From IMG/VR virus record IMGVR_UViG_3300045988_143923: DNA of 64,000 bases; one strand, given 5' to 3'. Within the stretch, counting starts at the first letter, position 1; every line of letters starts with the position of its first letter. The translations under genes and the position numbers were made by a program. Below the pieces are notes generated by a model that ran no database searches, was not told where the DNA came from, and worked only from the letters and a program-made list of their open reading frames with translations. This stretch comes from a virus. Below are positions 45,603 to 56,532 of this stretch, in pieces.

Positions 45603-48600
45603 TTATTTTTTGATTTTGAGAACTTCGATAATGTCGTTGACCATGCGGCGAGATACAGCTTCATGCTGCTTAACCGTGTCTCCGTCCGCACCCTTGATGA
45701 TGGTGTCACCGAAGGTAACGTTCGTGACGTTTTCACGCGGGATCGTGACAACTTCACGGTTCACGCCGGAAACAGGCATCTGAGCGGCCTTGGACAGGTC
45801 AGGCAGGGCAGAAGCGGACAAACCGCTGGTAATGGCGGACATTACCTTGAGAATGGAGTCGAGCGACTGCTGTTTGGGCTTGTCGAGCACGATTTCGCCC
45901 TTTTGCAGAATCGCCATCATCTCGTCTTGACGCAGGGTAGAGGCATCGCCGACAACGCCGCCGGTGTGGTATATACCGAGGTACTTATCATAGATGTTAT
46001 TGCCATACTTGTCATACCAAACACCAGTGTGACCATCATAGTGAACACCGAGATCGTACTGGCTGTTGAGTTGACCAGCATAGTCGGCATTCTTTTGGTT
46101 GAGCGCTTTCTTCTGCTCCACCGTCATGTTGGCAGACCAAGTATCACTGTTCTTCTTCATCTTCGCCACGATTCGAGCGATCCCAGCCGCATCTGCATCC
46201 CCAGTGCCGTATTTATTCGAATCGCCAATGATATTGGAGTTGGAACCGTTGGAAGAAGAATTGGAACCGTTTTCACCAAGACGATCATAGACTTCGAGGT
46301 AAGTAGCATTGTACTTCTCCATAGCCTTTTGGGCGTCTTGCCATGCTTGCGTAACCTTGGCATTGATGTCCGAACCCGCACGAGTGTTATATTCAATTAA
46401 ATCATCGTAAAGTGTTGCCCAACCATCTTGTATTCTCTTTCGAGCCATTTGGTAGAGTTTTTCCTCCGATGAAATTGAATCCTGCAGTTTCTTAATCTCG
46501 GCGTCCTTTTCCTTCTCGTAAGCCTCCTGCATCTTATCAAGATTATCGGTCTGACGGTCATAGGCTTCATTTGCCTGCGTCTCGCCAAGTTCTTTTTGGA
46601 GATCGGCGAGTTGTTCTTCAAGGTCTTTACGCTTTGCGATTGACTCGCGGCTGTCATCCAGAGACAGAGCGTTAATCTTCTCTTGGAGCTTTGCCATTTC
46701 CTTGACCTTGTCGGCTACCTCGTCCTGATAGTCGGCTTCGTCCTTGCTCAGTTGCAGGCTTTCCTTCTTCTTATCGATGATCTCGCTATACTTATCCTTC
46801 AGCTCTTCCAGAGCGTCGACCTGCTGGTCGATTTCGTCTCGAATCATATCCTCGACGTACTTGAACAGAGCGTCAACGCTATCCTTGGTGTCGTCGAAGT
46901 CGATTCCGACGCCGGCTTTTACGTTAGCCAGAACGCTGCGGTACGCATCTACATTCTTAACAGCCTGCGCATAGCCTTCCTCGGTGAGGTCAAGCATAGC
47001 GAGCTGTGCGTAAACGGAACCCCACTGAACCTCGGTCAGGTCGGCCGTTGCGTTCAGCAGATTATTCAGAGAAACAACGTCGTTCTCCTGCAGAGCCATA
47101 CGCAGACGCTCCACATAAGCGGAGGCGCTTTCCAAAGCCATCTGCTCAGTCTTAGCTTTGATAACGCGGTTGATGGCTTCCTCGTTGATGGTCAGAAGAC
47201 CATTCTCGTCTTTGAGGTATCCCATGTATTCGACGCCAAGTTTGGAGATTTCTTGGAAGGTATCGACGGAGATAAAACCACCATTTGTCGAGTATTCCTC
47301 GGCAGCCTTCTTGAACGTGTCGAGAACGTCCTGAATCGTATCAACAGAGTCGCTTGCCGCATCAACAATATCAGAGAGATAGTCGATAACTTTCTGCTTA
47401 ACATCCTTAACAGCGTCTTCGTATTCCCACCACTGATCTGAGAGGTCGGCCACTTCGTCGCTAAGGTCGGAATATCCCATGCCACGGTAATACTGCGCTT
47501 CCTTGTGCAGGTTCTTCTGAGCTTCGCGATAATGGTCAATGATGCCGTTGAGCGTAGACTCAATTGCGTCGCCATCGATAGACGAGAAGATAGTATCAAC
47601 AGTCTTGGTTTCGAAACTGTCTGCAATGCCGCTGAAGATGCCGGCCAGAGGATTGCCCTTCTTGGCGACACCGTTCAGAATATTCTGCGACAGCTTTGCC
47701 GAATTGAAAATCTTACGCTGAGCACGAGTGAAAGAGCGTTCGAGCTTATCAGTATCGAGCAGACGGTCAAGGCTTCGCTCGGCCAGTTTGATAGCATTTT
47801 CATGTTCCGACGTGATCTTGTCGTACATGTCCTTCATCGTGTCGATGATGCTGTCATGTGCCTCCCAGTATTTCTTCTGCATAGACATAATGTATTCAGA
47901 AGAATCTTTCTGCCCTTGAGCACGGTAACGCTCGGCGGCTTTATGGGTTTCATCCTGAATCTGCTTATAATAAGCGACAATCTTCATCGGGTCGCCACGC
48001 TGCTTTTCGACGAGGTATATCTTGTGCTCAATCTGGTCGATGATATCTTCGACTTCTTCTTTGATTTTGTCGAGAGCTTCCTTTGCAGAATCTGAAAGCT
48101 GAGAGGTATCAGCAGAGACTTTGACGGTGGCGTTACTGGATTTGCCAGATGAACTGGAAGGCACCCAGTTCCGGTAATGACCATTGGTGGCAAAGCTAAG
48201 ATTGCTCAATGCACCGTTAGCGTTCGCGCCGCCCCACACACCGCCAGATGCTTGATGGGGAATACCGCCGTGCATCAGACCAGCAGTCAGATTAGCAGGA
48301 ACAATCGCGTCACCGGGTTTAGTGTTGATGACTTCCATTCCATGCAAGCCAACAAATTTACTATGCTTGCCGTCCCGAGAAATCCACTGCTCAGGGCCAA
48401 GTTCGCCGACAAGTGTTTTGCCGCCTACAGCGTTGCCGCCAGATGCGTACTGAGTCATTTTGCCAACGTGTCCGGTGAAGTCTTGCTTTTTATTCCCCTC
48501 ACGGCGACTATGAATGTCAGCCTTGGTCTGAGCTTCGGTTCTGGTTGTCTGGACTGTGTTTACGCGAATGGTCACACTCTTATCGTGAATACCACTCATT

Positions 48601-51600
48601 AACCCAACTGTGTATAGAATCTTACTGTTGGCTTCCGAAGTATTTACATTGACATGGCGTTCTTTTTCGATAGGTTTAAGTGCTTCATCTATCGCATTGA
48701 CTTTCCCGGCAGCTTCCACAGTATTCCCTTCAATAGTAAGCTGTACTGGATTTCCCGCCTCATCTTGGATTTGCGCCATCGTACTCAATACAATTTGCGC
48801 CTGTTCTTGCGTAACACCAAGACTGCTTGCGAAAGCATCCAAGTTGCTCACATTGATAGACCAACCACCATCATCAAGACGTTCAACACTAGCAGCAGCT
48901 TCGCCCGAAGCGGTTTTCACGCTTTCAAGAGATGCTTTCAGGCCATCAAAAGTCGGAGTCTCTCCGCCAATGCTTGCCTTGAATTTATTCATGGCACTTA
49001 CAAGCGTGTCGAGCTCATCTACAGATATTTCTTTAACATCAATATCCGTTCCTTCAGTAAGAGACTCGAGTGCGATTTTCGCACTTTCACTCATGTGCTC
49101 CCATGCTTTTGTGGACGACCGATCAGCCGCAGAAACAGATTGTTTGATACGATAGGTGTCATCGTTCAGCGTCTGGATACTTGATGTAACCGAACTAACT
49201 GTTTTCGGAACATAATCCGAATATGTGGAGATTAAATCAAGTGATTGTTGCAGAGAAGCTGCCGAAATTCCAAAAGCGTCGGCCAGAGCGACAACATCAT
49301 GTTGTGCGACTTGGATAGAACCAGTATCCCAATCCACATCCATGAGTCCATCGACAATCTTTTTCTTGTCAGCACTGAGCTCGTTATACTTCTTATGAAG
49401 TGTATTAAACGTTCCGGTTAGGTCTTGACCGACATTATCCTCGTCTGTACCTGTTAAGAAGAGGCCCTCATTGTCCTTAACCCACTGCTTCGCTTCTTGC
49501 AGGCTAACAACCTTGCCGATGAGAAGCTCCATTTGATTGCGAGCTTCCTCTGTGTTAATTTGCCCTTTATTTACTGATTCTGCAAAATCATCGTAGATTG
49601 AAACCATACTCTCGTGATCTTGTACATGGTCGGTAATCCCTTCCATAGAGGTTTCATAATTTGCAAGAGCATCAGAAACCGTATTAAGAGAGTCAGTTTG
49701 TTTGCTCAGGGAATTTGAAATCGCATCCAGAGCTTCAGGCAAAGCGCCAACTTGAGCAAGAGCGGCCAACCGAGCGGCAAATTCCGAAGCATGATCGCCA
49801 GTATCAACCAGAGCGGAATTGAGAGCGGAAAGTTGATTCTTTGACAATTTTTCGAGATTGAAGTCCTTGAGAAGCTCGTCTACGGAAGAACCTTCAATAT
49901 CTGAGCCGCTTAGAGCCTCTTCGAAATTACTCCGGATGGTCTCTCGCATTTGATACATGTCTGACTGGAATTGTTTTAATCCGAAAGCCTCAGACAAATC
50001 AATTGCGTTCATTTCTTCAGGAGTTAATCGTTTCGATAATTCTGCGCGAACAGCCTCCATCACTGTTGACATTTTTGCAACATATTTATCGTAAGGCATC
50101 GAGTCCTGTTCTTCTTGAATCTTATAATAATCAGAAATAGCCTTTTTCCCTGCTTCGGTGTTTTTAACAACTTGAAGCATCGCATTCGCATATCTTAACG
50201 GCGCGTCGGGATTATTTGCGTCATAAAGCGCGTCAGAACTAATGCTGTCAGCGTATTGTGATAAAAATGTTTTCTGCTGGTCATCTAATTCGTAATAGAG
50301 TTTATTCGCCTCAAGAGACGCTTGCATCATCTGCTTGACCTCGGAGCTACTTGCATCTACACTCTCAGAAGCAGAATGCCAAGCATTAGCTAAACTTTCG
50401 CCATCTGCCGATAAATCGCCTGTCATTCCACGCATTTGATTCAATTGACCGAGAATATTATCAAAATTCTTTCCAAGAGCTTCGGAATTATCGCGAATAT
50501 AATCAAGCCAAGTAACACTTTTAGAGCCGTTGGTTTCTTTGTTGATTTTATCAGCGTACTCATCGTAAGTCATACCAATAGTGTCGGAAATTAACTTATT
50601 GAAATTCTTAATATCTCGGCCGCCGTTTTTAGACAAAGCAGTTTGAACCCGAGATAAATAATTAAAGATGTCATTATCGACACTTTTTACGCCTTCCTGT
50701 GCTGTTTTATATTGTTCTTGGAAGTCTTTATAGGCAGCTTCATAATTCTTCTTATGACCGTCATTCTCTGATGATCCACCATATACGGCATCTCGCGCTT
50801 CCTGTCTCTGCTGCTTCTCGAGTAATGCGATTGTTTCCTCGATAGCAGAATTTTTATCCAAGATAGCTTGTTGCTCATCGTTATAACCCTCCACTAATGA
50901 TGGATTGATCCCAACAAGTTGGGAAACAATATCTTGGTATTCTTGATATTCATCGGCAGCCAGAGAAATATTTTTGCCGTTGTCTGTTACGCCCTTGGAC
51001 AATTCTGCGAATCGATCTTTGAGATTTTCGACTGACGTAATATTGCCCTCGATAGATGATTTGGCGCTGTCGTAGTTGCTCAATGCATTTTGGGTTATTT
51101 CGGCTGCTTCTTGTGCGGACATCACTGTTTTATCAATAGCACTCATAAGACCGGTTAGTATAGTCTGAACAGCCATAAATGCTACCATCGACACGGCCAT
51201 ACTTGCAATAGCAGACCCGATCCCCTTAAAAGTCGATGCAATCTTGGCTCCGAGTGTTCCTACCTTTTCTTGCTTTGCAGTGAAGTTATCGATTTGTCCG
51301 TTAACAACATCACACTCATTCCCGACGGTGTCAAGGGATTTAGCAAACTCACGACTTTGAATACTTGCGCCAGAAAGAGCTTTTTCAAAATCAGCACCTC
51401 TAAGTTTTTGCTTCATCTGAGCGTAGTTTTTCAGAATTTCATTTTGTTCCTGCCAATAGTCGTGGTTTTTGGTGTTATAATTTTTCAGCCAACTGAATAA
51501 ACCACTTCCGCCAAAGATGTTTTCTCCATATTCTCCCTTTCCTCCGATAATGCTTTTCCCGTTCATTGACAGAAGCAGGGAACCTACAGGAGCGATAAGC

Positions 51601-51901
51601 CCCGGAAGAACGCCAAGTTTATCAATCAGAGTGTTGAAGAACCCGAGAATGCCAGAACCGGCGCCGATAGTTCCTTTCACAAGACCAGAATCAAGAATAG
51701 AAGTGCTCAAAGACTGGAATGTGGCTTGGAACTGTTGCATTTTACCCTCGATAGAATCAAGATGTTTTGCGTTCTCGGCATCGGCTGAGCCAGTTGCGTT
51801 TTTAGTCGACTCGATGACGTCCTCAACGGTCGACCAGTTCTGGATGAGCGCTGAAGTTGTATTCGCCATTCTCTTCGTTTTGTTTACAAGGGTTGCAAAG
51901 C
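45603..51901 (-). CDS. tail tape measure protein, last exon
   Basis: Reads through ...KTKRMANTTSALIQNW... to the TAA at 45603. The ORF track reports 45603..51869. The exact 3' splice site is uncertain by a few codons. Confidence 0.8.
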
Positions 51902-52274
51902 CTTATGTTGTATCTACAACCTCATGCTTTCGCATGAGACCCGACTATTTCTTCACCCTTAAAACTAAGGGGCATACCTTTTCCATTTAAGGGATTTTCA
52001 CCCACGCCTTTGCTTGCGCCGTACTCCTGTTGCTCATAAAGAGCCGAGGGATAGTCTGTGAACCTTCTCCGTGTCATGAGACCGATAGGAGCTTGGCTGC
52101 ATGATCACCCATTGTTACTGCACTTAGGCTTTTGACCGTATGCAATCCGCACGTTGTTTCTGCTTTCGCACCGTCATAAACTGCTTTCGCGCTCATTGTG
52201 GTGTGCGGCTTTAGGGGGTACCTGCAATTAAATATGTTGTTATTGCACATTGCTGTACAACCGGGCAAGTGAAT
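51902..52274 (-). mobile_element. group I intron 5 in the tape measure gene (family A)
   Basis: P1 pairing CGGGU/GCCCG with U-G. P7 pairing GACUAU/AUAGUC. Terminal G. Confidence 0.7.
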
Positions 52275-52309
52275 ACCCGAAATCTTTTCGAGCAAAGCTC
52301 AGTATATTC
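52275..52309 (-). CDS. tape measure protein, 35-nt micro-exon (…NILSFARKDFG…)
   Basis: Restores the conserved DQANIL.. motif in frame between two introns. Confidence 0.65.
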
Positions 52310-52705
52310 CACGGGGGCACAACTCCCGTGAGCTGTCTAAAACAGCATCTCTGCGTTTCCACAGAAGTTTAGATCATTTCTTAATCGTGCCTTTCGGCGA
52401 CGACCACACCGTTTCCATTTAAGGGGTTCTCACCCACGCCTTTGTTTGCGCCGTACTTCTGTTGCTGCTTACGCAGCCCTACATGGGAATGATCGTTTGA
52501 CACACCTCTATTCGAGGCTTCGCGACCAAGCTACCATTGTCACTGCACTTAGGCTTTTGACCGTATGCAATCCTTACCGTTGTTTTACTTTCGTTCCCGT
52601 CATGCCAGCTTATTTCATCCGCATTGTGGTGGTAAGGCTTTAGGTTTTACTGGTTTTAGATGTGTTATTTACGCACATTTCTGTACGCACAGGCAATATT
52701 GGTCT
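52310..52705 (-). mobile_element. group I intron 4 in the tape measure gene (family A)
   Basis: Close sequence relative of intron 5. P7 pairing GAUCAU/AUGAUC. P1 pairing CAGGC/GCCUG, which is C-G rather than U-G. Terminal G. Confidence 0.65.
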
Positions 52706-52972
52706 GCCTGATCTACGTCACTAAGTTGATCATAAACGCCGGCAATTTCGCGCATAATCTGCGTTGTACTCTTAAATTGAGTGCCTGCCTCGTCGGCCAT
52801 GATGTCAACTTTGTCGTGGGTTAAAGTTTTGATGGTTTCGCGAAGCTCGCTCACAGAGTTTGCCATACCATCCGTTTCGATTCCGGCCTCTTCAGCATCA
52901 GCTTTAGCGGCACGGAGGTACATACTAAGAGTTTTAGCCCATGTCAATCTGTTACTTTCGGCGGGTCGCCTA
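52706..52972 (-). CDS. tape measure protein, exon (…RRPAESNRLTWAKTLSMYLRAAKADAEEAGIETDGM…LSDVDQA)
   Basis: Conserved TMP core, part of ORF 52669..52980. Confidence 0.75.
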
Positions 52973-53132
52973 CTGACCACTTTTGTGGCGGCAAGGCCGT
53001 TAAACCTTGCTCTCGCGTTTCGTTGTTAGATTATAGCGCGAGTTCGGACTGTATCTTCACCCCAGAGCGGGGGAATGGCGAAGCCCCGCTTGTTACCAAG
53101 CGGGGCTTTACAGTCTCTACGGATATTAAAAT

Positions 53133-53651
53133 TTAAGTTATTGGAATGCTGACCGGTTCATCGAAAGAATATAGATCATGATCATTATCCATATAATATA
53201 CTAAATTTGCACTAGTTATATTATCTCGATCATCCCAATGTTCATTGTTACTATCTATGCTCAAAAATCCATCAAATGTTTGATCTGGGGCTAATAAGCC
53301 CGTATGCGTAAAACCTTCGGAGTAAACAATATTCCCGTTTGAATCCAATAAATCTGCACCAATAAGCGGAGATTTCAAAGCAGATCCAGAAATATTTTTT
53401 ATTTTGAAGTAAAAATACATTACAGATTCGCTCTCGTAATTTTCGCATTTTTTAGTTTGAAATGTAACTTCCAAAGGTATATCCACAGGACTAGTTTCAG
53501 GCTTAGCATCAGATTCATCTATTACCGTATATGTTGTAGCTGGAGATTCATCTTGAGCAGGCTCAGCTTTCTCAACGGATTCCTTCCCGCAACCGCAAAA
53601 GCTAAGCGTAGTTATAATAGCCAACAATATAAGGTGGCGTTTTCTTTTCAT
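53133..53651 (-). CDS. intron-encoded secreted lipoprotein-like protein (not a homing endonuclease)
   Basis: ATG at 53651 behind an AAGGGTGAG RBS. MKRKRHLILLAIITTLSFCGC signal/lipobox-like N-terminus and a beta-rich body. AT-rich. Confidence 0.65.
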   Translation of the reverse strand: MKRKRHLILLAIITTLSFCGCGKESVEKAEPAQDESPATTYTVIDESDAKPETSPVDIPLEVTFQTKKCENYESESVMYFYFKIKNISGSALKSPLIGADLLDSNGNIVYSEGFTHTGLLAPDQTFDGFLSIDSNNEHWDDRDNITSANLVYYMDNDHDLYSFDEPVSIPIT

Positions 53652-53673
53652 ATTTCTCACCCTTTCAACTTTA

Positions 53674-53701
53674 ATTATACATTAAAAGAAGAAAAAGTAA
53701 A
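53674..53701 (-). promoter_or_regulatory. candidate promoter (TTTACT-16-TATAAT) for the intron-borne ORF
   Basis: Read on the minus strand upstream of 53651. Confidence 0.4.
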
Positions 53702-53803
53702 TCTTAAATTTTAATCTTTCCTCGGTCTGAACCGTCTCCGGCCTTTAACCGATATAGCCATTTGCTTGCTCGCATATTACTATGCGGCTGGGCGCATGGA
53801 TTC

Positions 53804-53857
53804 ACCCACTGTATCAGGATCTTGTCGTTTCTGTTACTTGTTAGCGCTGATATACCA
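53804..53857 (-). CDS. possible 54-nt (or 51-nt) tape measure mini-exon between tandem introns 3a and 3b
   Basis: Open and frame-preserving (GISALTSNRNDKILIQW) if intron 3a ends at ..AUUAG. It might instead be skipped. Confidence 0.35.
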
Positions 53858-54108
53858 CTAATCTGACCGCAAAGCGGCGGCAAGGTCTTTCGGCCTTACT
53901 CTCACGTTTCCTTTCATTATTGCGTGAGTCCGGACTGTATATTACACCCTTCCCAGAGGAGTGGGGTGGATTGGTTCAGCTCTGGTGTTACCATCAGAAC
54001 CCCGCAGTCTCTACGGATATTGCTACCCACGGTCTCTGCTGTCGCCAGCCTTTGACCGTTTTACCAATCTGCTTGCGAACGTATTACTACGCCGCGTGGC
54101 AAAGATCT
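53858..54108 (-). mobile_element. group I intron 3a in the tape measure gene (family B)
   Basis: P1 pairing GUGGU/GCCAC. Has the CCGUAGAGACUGCGGGG element and P7 pairing GACUG/CAGUC. The 3' end is uncertain by about 5 nt. Confidence 0.65.
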
Positions 54109-54214
54109 ACCACTTCGTTTGCTGCTGTTACGAGGCCCAAACTCTCATCGAGAGAGTTGCCGCCTGCGTACAGAGCTGCTGCTGATCTTTTAAGAGCTTC
54201 GCCAAGCCCTTCTG
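54109..54214 (-). CDS. tape measure protein, 106-nt exon (SEGLGEALKRSAAALYAGGNSLDESLGLVTAANEVV)
   Basis: Matches the conserved TMP core and lies in frame with its neighbours. Confidence 0.75.
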
Positions 54215-54556
54215 CGTACCTTTAGCGCGGGTCGTTACTCCGCACCGACATAAAGTCCTCCGTCTTTCAACGGAGCCGAGATCATATCTTCACCCCATAG
54301 GGTGCCTACCACTTTCAGAGCACTCGCCCCTACTTTGATCGTTGAACCTTCCTCTGTTCGAGGCTTGGCTGCTGATTATCCATTGTCACGGCGTTTAGGG
54401 TTTAACCTTGCGCCATCTCTCATTTTTTTTCTGCTTTCGCCGCATTCACGTTTGCGCCTGTTCGGCACTGCGTTGTAGCATGAGAGCTTTAGGACGTCCC
54501 AGCAATTCAATAGGTGATTTTGCGAACACATTTCTGTGAACGAAGTCCAATGATTA
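54215..54556 (-). mobile_element. group I intron 2 in the tape measure gene (family A)
   Basis: P1 pairing AAGUU/GACUU with U-G. P7 pairing GAUCA/UGAUC. Terminal G. Confidence 0.7.
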
Positions 54557-54579
54557 AACTTATCGCGTAGTTGTTTCCG
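54557..54579 (-). CDS. tape measure protein, 23-nt micro-exon (GNNYAIS)
   Basis: CGGAAACAACTACGCGATAAGTT completes ..FNEV|GNNYAIS|SEGLGEAL.. in frame. Confidence 0.7.
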
Positions 54580-54856
54580 CTGTTTGTTACTTTTTTCCTT
54601 AAAAACGAAAAGAACAGGTCATTTCTGCCTGTTTCTGCAATTTCATTATTCGATTATATTTGCAGACCCGACTATATCTTCACCTCCAAAAAAGGAGGGG
54701 ATGGCATGACTCTGCACGTTACCGTGCAAAATCGGTTAGTCTGTACGGATTCTTGTGGTCAAACACAAGTCTTTCCTCGGTATTGCCCATCTCTGGGTGT
54801 TCACCGATATAGCCATCTTTTACGCTGCACATCGCTGTGCAGGGAGGCCGGTCAAA
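54580..54856 (-). mobile_element. group I intron 1 in the tape measure gene (family B)
   Basis: P1 pairing GAGGU/GCCUC. Has the CCGUACAGACUAACCG and GAAGAUAUAGUCGGG elements. Terminal G. Confidence 0.7.
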
Positions 54857-56532
54857 ACCTCATTGAAACGGTCTACGACGCTTCCAACATCATCAGCAGC
54901 AAGATGGAAGCCCTGCAGAGTAGAAACAAGCGACTGTGCCGCGTCCTCAATGTTCGTGTATTCCGACACGTTCATATATTTGGTCGCCCAGTCGCCAAGA
55001 TTGGAGGCATCCTCCAAATTAAATCCGAGTCGGCTAAACTCAGATGTTGCTCCAATTACATCCGTAATCGAAGCGCCGAGGCTCTTCGCGCGTTCACCAG
55101 CGCTGTCAAGATAATTAGCGTAATCCTGACTTGAACCTTCCGAAACCTTTTTCAGGTCGGTCATCGCCGTGTCAACGTCGATAACATTCTGGAGCGTCTG
55201 CTGTAAGCCATTCTGCAATAAGTGCAGTCCTGCCATCGCAATAGCCGTGTTAAAGTGATCCTTGAACAGGCGAGTCAGCTTCTGCCCGACAGTTTCAGAC
55301 GTAAACCCGAGTTCTTCCATACTGGAGCGAACAGATGCGAGGTCTCTTTGAAGTCCCTCAACGCTATCACCTTCGCCCGGGTTTCTCGCACGGCTCATAA
55401 TGTTCCGCAGTTCGCCTTGAAAATAAGAACCCGCCGCTTTTGGGTTATTTTTAAGTGTTTCGCTGGCCTGCCGATAAATGTTCGCCAAATGTTCCTGCGA
55501 TCTCTGAGAACGAACGGTCGCAGTTTGCTTAGCATTAAACAAATCTGCCTGTGCGCTCGCATCAGCCCACGCGGAACGGAGTCCATTCAGGCCCTGCTCC
55601 AGCTCATAAGTACCGGCCGCCGCATTCTGGAAAACAGATTTTGCATTCTCGAATGCCGTCCAATCATAATTCTGCAGCGTCCCTTTATCTTTTAGAGCCT
55701 GAAGCTGCGTTATATATTTCTGGCCGGATGCCAAAACATTATCAGTAACCGACTGAGAGTTCTGTCTGGACACTGTAGTCCACATCTTCTTGATGTTTTT
55801 CTCAAGCGCGTACTTCTCTGGCGTAAAATCCGCCATGCTCTTGTACTGTTTGAGCATCTTATCAAGGCTGGCTACATTCTCCTCACCAAAAAGGTTACCC
55901 TTCTTGAGCTTTCCAAACTTAGAGCTAATCTGCTGAACATCCAACATAGATCGCTCGGCCTTTTCTGCAGCCTTCAAATTGTTGCGAGAGAACGCAATAT
56001 TGGTCGCCTGCTGTGCCTCTTTCAGAGCGTTAACGCTTTCTACAGTTCCCTTGGTCGTTGACTCAAACTTCTTCATCGCGGTTTCAGCCGCCGAGATAGC
56101 CTTTGAATCGATAGGACTCGGCATGTTCTTCAGATACGACATCGTCTGTCTCAAGCCGGTCGCCTGACGCTCCATTGTACGCAACTGCCGTTCCGCAGCC
56201 TTCTCTGCGTCTGTTTTGCCCGATGTGGAGCTTTTAGACGAGCTGCTCTTTGTGGTAGAGGAGCGGGTCGAAGCCGCAGAAGACTTAGCTTTGCCGGAGC
56301 TGTTTGTTCCAGTTCCGGCCGCCGAGATAGCCTTTTTAATCTGAGCAGTGATATTGGCAGTATCAACGTTTACTTTCAGCTTGGTTGAGGAAGCGTTTTT
56401 GATTGCTGAACTGATACTTTTCTGCAGAGCTGCAGCATCAACTTGAATTGGAAAATCCTTGTAGTTACTGAGGGCGCTTTCGAGTTTGTCAAAATTAGGG
56501 ATAAGTTCGACAGTAACGCCTAAATCAGCCAT
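54857..56532 (-). CDS. tail tape measure protein, exon 1
   Basis: Helical N-terminal part ending ..VVDRFNEV. The ORF track (54820..56532) runs on into the intron. Confidence 0.8.

Larger units (their letters stand above)
52973..53803 (-). mobile_element. group I intron 3b (family B) carrying a lipoprotein ORF
   Basis: P1 pairing UGGGU/GCCCA. Has the CCGUAGAGACUG element, P7 pairing ACAGUC, and ends GGUCAG. Confidence 0.7.

Noticed and set aside
51517-55134. Several + strand ORFs in the intron region (51517..51990, 52446..52643, 53920..54225, 54571..55134, 54755..55114).
   Set aside because: They run antisense through group I intron cores and tape measure exons. The minus-strand exon/intron interpretation explains the region completely.
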